Source of the DNA: Eledone cirrhosa
Taxonomy: Eukaryota
DNA length: 64,000 nucleotides
Direction: 5' to 3'
NCBI GenBank assembly: GCA_964016885.1
Contig: OZ024745.1
Span: forward strand, 107,260,001-107,324,000
The notes under the pieces were generated by a model. The model ran no database searches. It had not been told where the DNA came from and worked only from the letters and a program-made list of their open reading frames with translations. A program made the translations under genes and the position numbers. Shown here piece after piece: positions 59,603-64,000 of the stretch (the stretch's first letter is position 1; each line of letters begins with the position of its first letter).

Positions 59603-60177
59603 CAATTTAACGATGTAGTCATGAATAAACCATATCTGAAAATATGATGGCGTTGTCATACATGGAAGGCTTTTAATCGTAGATTCCTATGATCAGAGTC
59701 GAACTGGGGTTAAGCAACAAAAGCATCTCTTTCTTCTAGCCCACAGCTACTAAATATTTGTGCCTGCAAATCAAAGGATACACGTGTCTGAAGTCATTTG
59801 GACTTCTTTTTTCCAAACTGGCATTGGTTATAAATGAAGGATTTGAAATGACACCATCTAATCGACTATAACCAGTACTGAGAGAGAAAGAAAGAGAGAG
59901 AAAATAAAGAATCAACCTCAATTACTAATAACCATATCATTGAAATACGTATAATGTAATAAATACAGTTCGATTCTTCATAGTGGCTGCTGGAAATATT
60001 TTTCCCTATCCGATTTTTATTACCTTTTTCTAGGAACTAATTTTAACTGCAGTTATATTCAGCGTTTGAGCATCATTAACTTTCTTATATATACATATAC
60101 ACACGCCCCCCCCCCCCCCCTCCATATATATATGTACACACATGTATATACATATATATACATATATACACATATAT

Positions 60178-60285
<108 letters not shown>

Positions 60286-60764
60286 TATTAATATATATAT
60301 ATACACACGCCTGTGCGTGTATATATGAGTATGTATATGATATGAAAGGTTTCTGAAAAGTAGTTGGACTAGAAACCTCAGATTTTACATTAAGTTATGG
60401 GCAATTTTATATAGATTGATGACAAAATAGCGTGACACTAAATCAAAGTATGAACTGGACAACGAAGGCGGAGATAATAGTTTAAGACAGTTTTCGTTTA
60501 TGTCGCAAGTTATCAGTTATATTAGCGGAAAATGTTTCCTTTGTACTTGATTTTTATATATGGTTGTATTGCATCAACGTATCGTGTGTATGCGCACGAG
60601 GGCGATAGCACGCTCATGCGGACACACGCACAGACACAGCCGTGCACACACATACACATAGATAAACAGGCGCACACACAAATAAGCATGCACAAACACA
60701 CTCCCTCGTTTATAAAGGCATGCAAAATGTCTATCAATTTTTCCTTTCCTTTCTTCATTTTTCT

Positions 60765-60835
<71 letters not shown>

Positions 60836-61218
60836 TAAATATACATATCTGTGCATGTACATAAATATATAAAAGGTAATAAAATCTTAACATACACGGA
60901 CATATATAAACATAGATTCCGTACATCTATATATACAGCATTCAGTTTCTCTCTCTTTCGCTCACGTCTGCCATGGATATAACTCTGAAGTGGAAGACTG
61001 TCCTCGAATCGATCCTCTATTTTCTATTTTCTGTTCTCTGTTTCTGTTCAACGTAATTCTGTTGTCTTATGGAACTAATTCTGCAAGGAACACTTGATGA
61101 ATTCGTCTAAGTCTTACATCATTATCAGATGACGACAACGCTGGTCCTTCGAAATATGTATAGTGCTTTTGTGGGATTAAAATTCTAAAGTCAATTAGTC
61201 TGGCCTTCTGCATATCAG

Positions 61219-61290
61219 ATATATATATAAGATACAAAGCTTTTAGCTTTTGTAATCAAAAGCTAAAATCTTTGTATCTTATATATATGT
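61219..61290. repeat. Short palindrome
   Basis: tataagatacaaagcttttagcttttg-taat-caaaagctaaaatctttgtatcttata. Confidence 0.85.
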
Positions 61291-61345
61291 ATATTCATAC
61301 GCTATGATTATATAGCTTCAAATTGAATGGAAAAATGTGCGAGTT

Positions 61346-61415
61346 GTGTACTGGTGTAATGGTAACACAATGGCCATTGTTGCCAGAGATGTGAGTTCGT
61401 GTCCCATGTACGTCA
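61346..61415 (+). pseudogene. tRNA-like sequence (pseudo-tRNA or SINE head)
   Basis: A-box tggtgtaatgg and B-box gagttcgtgtcc; cloverleaf imperfect. Confidence 0.35.
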
Positions 61416-62123
61416 ATGCACATTCATTTTTCAATTCTGTGGGTTTTTATAACTCCAATTATTAGGCTAATTTATTTAGTCAAAAATACAACGGAGGCAC
61501 TATTTCATTATCTAATATATATATATATACATACATAGCCGGTTTTTACTTTTTCGCCCACTTTTTCCTGGGAAGGTCATGGGGAGAAAGTCGTCACACA
61601 CGCATTCTAAAGTGGCATATCAGAAGCATCCGTCTCTGATTGCTCCGATTGGATCCCCAAGCAAAACCAACCGAGCTTATCGTTGCTATCCAACCATTTT
61701 GTTTGTCGTCTTCCTCTGAGTGTCCTGCCAGTTAGCTTTAGCCATAAAATCTCTTTAGCGATTCTTTCCTTAGACATTCTGACCACTGCTTCGAAGAAGT
61801 AGCGGCTCTACCTGAAGCGATTCTCTCAACTTTGAGCTACGTGCTCCATCGACACTTCACTACTCTGTCAGCGGGGCACGGCCGAGTCACCACTCAGACT
61901 GCGATGTAGAGTCTGTTCCTCCCTCCATCTTTCCTTTTCCTTCGTCACTTTATTCTCTTTTATAGTTTTCTTCTTTCCCTTTCCTTATTTTGTCTCATTA
62001 AAATTTTATTTGTTTGTTTGTTTACAATGTTATTTTACTGTGGTAAAAAACAACTTTCATCAGAAATAGCAATGCCAGTCAAATTTTTATTTATAAATTG
62101 CAATATATATAGCTAAAGTTTTC

Positions 62124-62643
62124 GCTCCGACATAGCTGTATATATATGTGCATTTTGTATATATAATGATATACGGTATGCTTACGAATATATATTTTGA
62201 AAGCTCTTTAGTAATGAATATTGAAAAGCTGAGGGCTAGCACTATCTAGCGGATTCCAGCAGAAACAGAAGGAAATAACTGTCGACGCGTTTCTGGCTTA
62301 CGGCCGTCATCAGGACACTGCTTTACACACCCTGTTCTCTCCTGGAATTTAAAACAGGCGAAAATATATAGTACTTTTCGCCTATGTACATGGGCTGATT
62401 CCCTCGCCTGCATATGGAGCTGCATTAGGCCGTCTCAGCCTAAGAATAGAATTAAGATTTTGGCTCCGACATAGCTGTATATTTATATACGTATGTGAAT
62501 TTTGTATATCTAATGATATACAGTATGTTTACGAATAAACAATTTGAAAGCCCTTTAGCTATGAATATTGAAAAGCCGAGAGTTAATGCCATCTTGCGGA
62601 TTCCAGTAGCAGTAGTAGGGGATAACTGTCGACGCGATTCTGG
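62124..62643 (-). mobile_element. Diverged ~345-bp 1.5-mer containing a hammerhead (retrozyme/pLTR-like)
   Basis: gctccgacatagctgtat...ataactgtcgacgcg.ttctgg occurs at 62124-62296 and 62463-62643. Confidence 0.65.
62280..62317 (-). ncRNA. Minimal type-I hammerhead, canonical core
   Basis: Minus: tgtc CTGATGA c ggc-cgtaa-gcc a GAAA cgcg TC gaca; GUC triplet, palindromic ACGCGT. Confidence 0.7.
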
Positions 62644-62892
62644 ATGGGCAAATTGGATTACACAATGCCATTGATACATAATGCCATTGATACATAATAC
62701 AACAATGAAAGCCGTGATGATCACTACTGGAATGCCTTTGACGCTGACCTGACGTTAAAAAACAACTCCTTTTGTTCACCAGTCAACTTGGGAAACTGTA
62801 CACTGTCCCTCGACATGCAAGAAATAGCAGCTAAGCCTCTTTCAAATAATATCATATGTATTTCTTTTTTAATGGAAGGAGATATTCAGTTA

Positions 62893-63456
62893 GATAATAT
62901 AATTGTTTATACTTTTGCCACAAGGCCAGCAATTATCCAAGTGCATTACTGGTACTTTATCTTATCGGCCTCGTAAGGATGAAAGGCAAAGTTAACATCG
63001 GCGGGATTTGAACTCAGAACGTAAAGGGACACAATTCTATGCTGCAAAACATGGTGTCTGTTGTTCAACCGATACTGCAAATCCACCGCCTGTTGGATAA
63101 TATAATTCTTTCTACTTTTGGCGCGAGGCCAGCAATTATCTCAGTGTATTACTGGTACTTTATTTAATCGACCCCGTAAGGATGAAAGGCAAAGTTAACC
63201 TCGGTGCGATTTGAACTCAGACCGTAAAGGGACGTAACTCTATGCTGGAAAGCATGGTGCCCAAACCTCTACCGACACTGCCAGATAATATAATTGTTTC
63301 TACTTTTGGCACGAGGCCAGCAATTATACCAGTACATTACTGGTACTTTATTTTATCGACCCCGTAAGGATGAAAGGCAAAGTTAAACTCGGCGGGATTT
63401 GAACTCAGATCATAAAGGGCCGTAACTCTTTGCTGCAAAGCATGGTGTCAGACCCT
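62893..63456 (-). mobile_element. Three head-to-tail SINE family A copies
   Basis: Each copy is preceded on plus by gataatataatt (~62893, 63096, 63284). Confidence 0.9.
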
Positions 63457-63619
63457 AATAATAGTTACATAGAATCAAGTAAACACGAGATGGTAACAGC
63501 TGCAACTCCTTTGATTTTAGGCTTGCTTCTTCATGAGTTACGTGGGAGTACATAACAACGCCAAACAATTCGAACAAACCCGATGATGACCTCAACGACA
63601 ACGACGAAAACAACAACTA

Positions 63620-63636
63620 CTATTACCACCACCACC

Positions 63637-63700
<64 letters not shown>

Positions 63701-63715
63701 TCACTACTACTACTG
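63620..63715. repeat. (ACC)n/(ACT)n microsatellite
   Basis: Direct reading. Confidence 0.95.
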
Positions 63716-64000
63716 TAACTAGTGTTACTATTACAACACCAATAACGTCAAAAGTCGCTGTAAATCTTGCCTTCCCACATTTGAACTAATTGTAAATGAG
63801 ACAATGAAATTTCATATCAGAATAGCGTGTTACCCTGTTTATGGAACTTATCTCACCTGCTTGTGATACCGGAGCCGACTCACACCTGTATTAGTTATAC
63901 ACACATTACTTCAATCTAAAAATATATACATTTACAGACGATATTTAAATATATATATATATACACCTACCCACGAACAGACACACACACACGCATACAC

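Overview
Eukaryotic, AT-rich, repeat-dominated non-coding DNA. From the SINE families and the microsatellite load it is probably an octopod cephalopod (inference). No intact host gene can be supported, and almost all ORFs in the track are translations of (TA)n/(CA)n/(GA)n microsatellites or minisatellites. Protein-coding signal is limited to decayed transposons: RTE-clade LINE reverse transcriptases, a Penelope-like element (RT plus GIY-YIG endonuclease), two CRE-like restriction-like-endonuclease tails and Tc1/mariner fragments. There are also many tRNA-derived SINEs, non-autonomous Helitron-like elements and two minisatellites. The main unexplained signal is at RNA level: type-I hammerhead-ribozyme (HHR) folds, found by eye, from about ten unrelated repeat families, usually inside tandem or fold-back structures next to (TA)n. 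The best case is a 323-bp x ~5.3 tandem array (23483-25183). Every monomer holds an extended HHR with a non-canonical UUGAUAA core (U3-A8 instead of C3-G8), which makes it a candidate non-LTR retrozyme / circular-RNA-producing locus. All ribozyme calls are hand-folded predictions; cleavage activity is untested.
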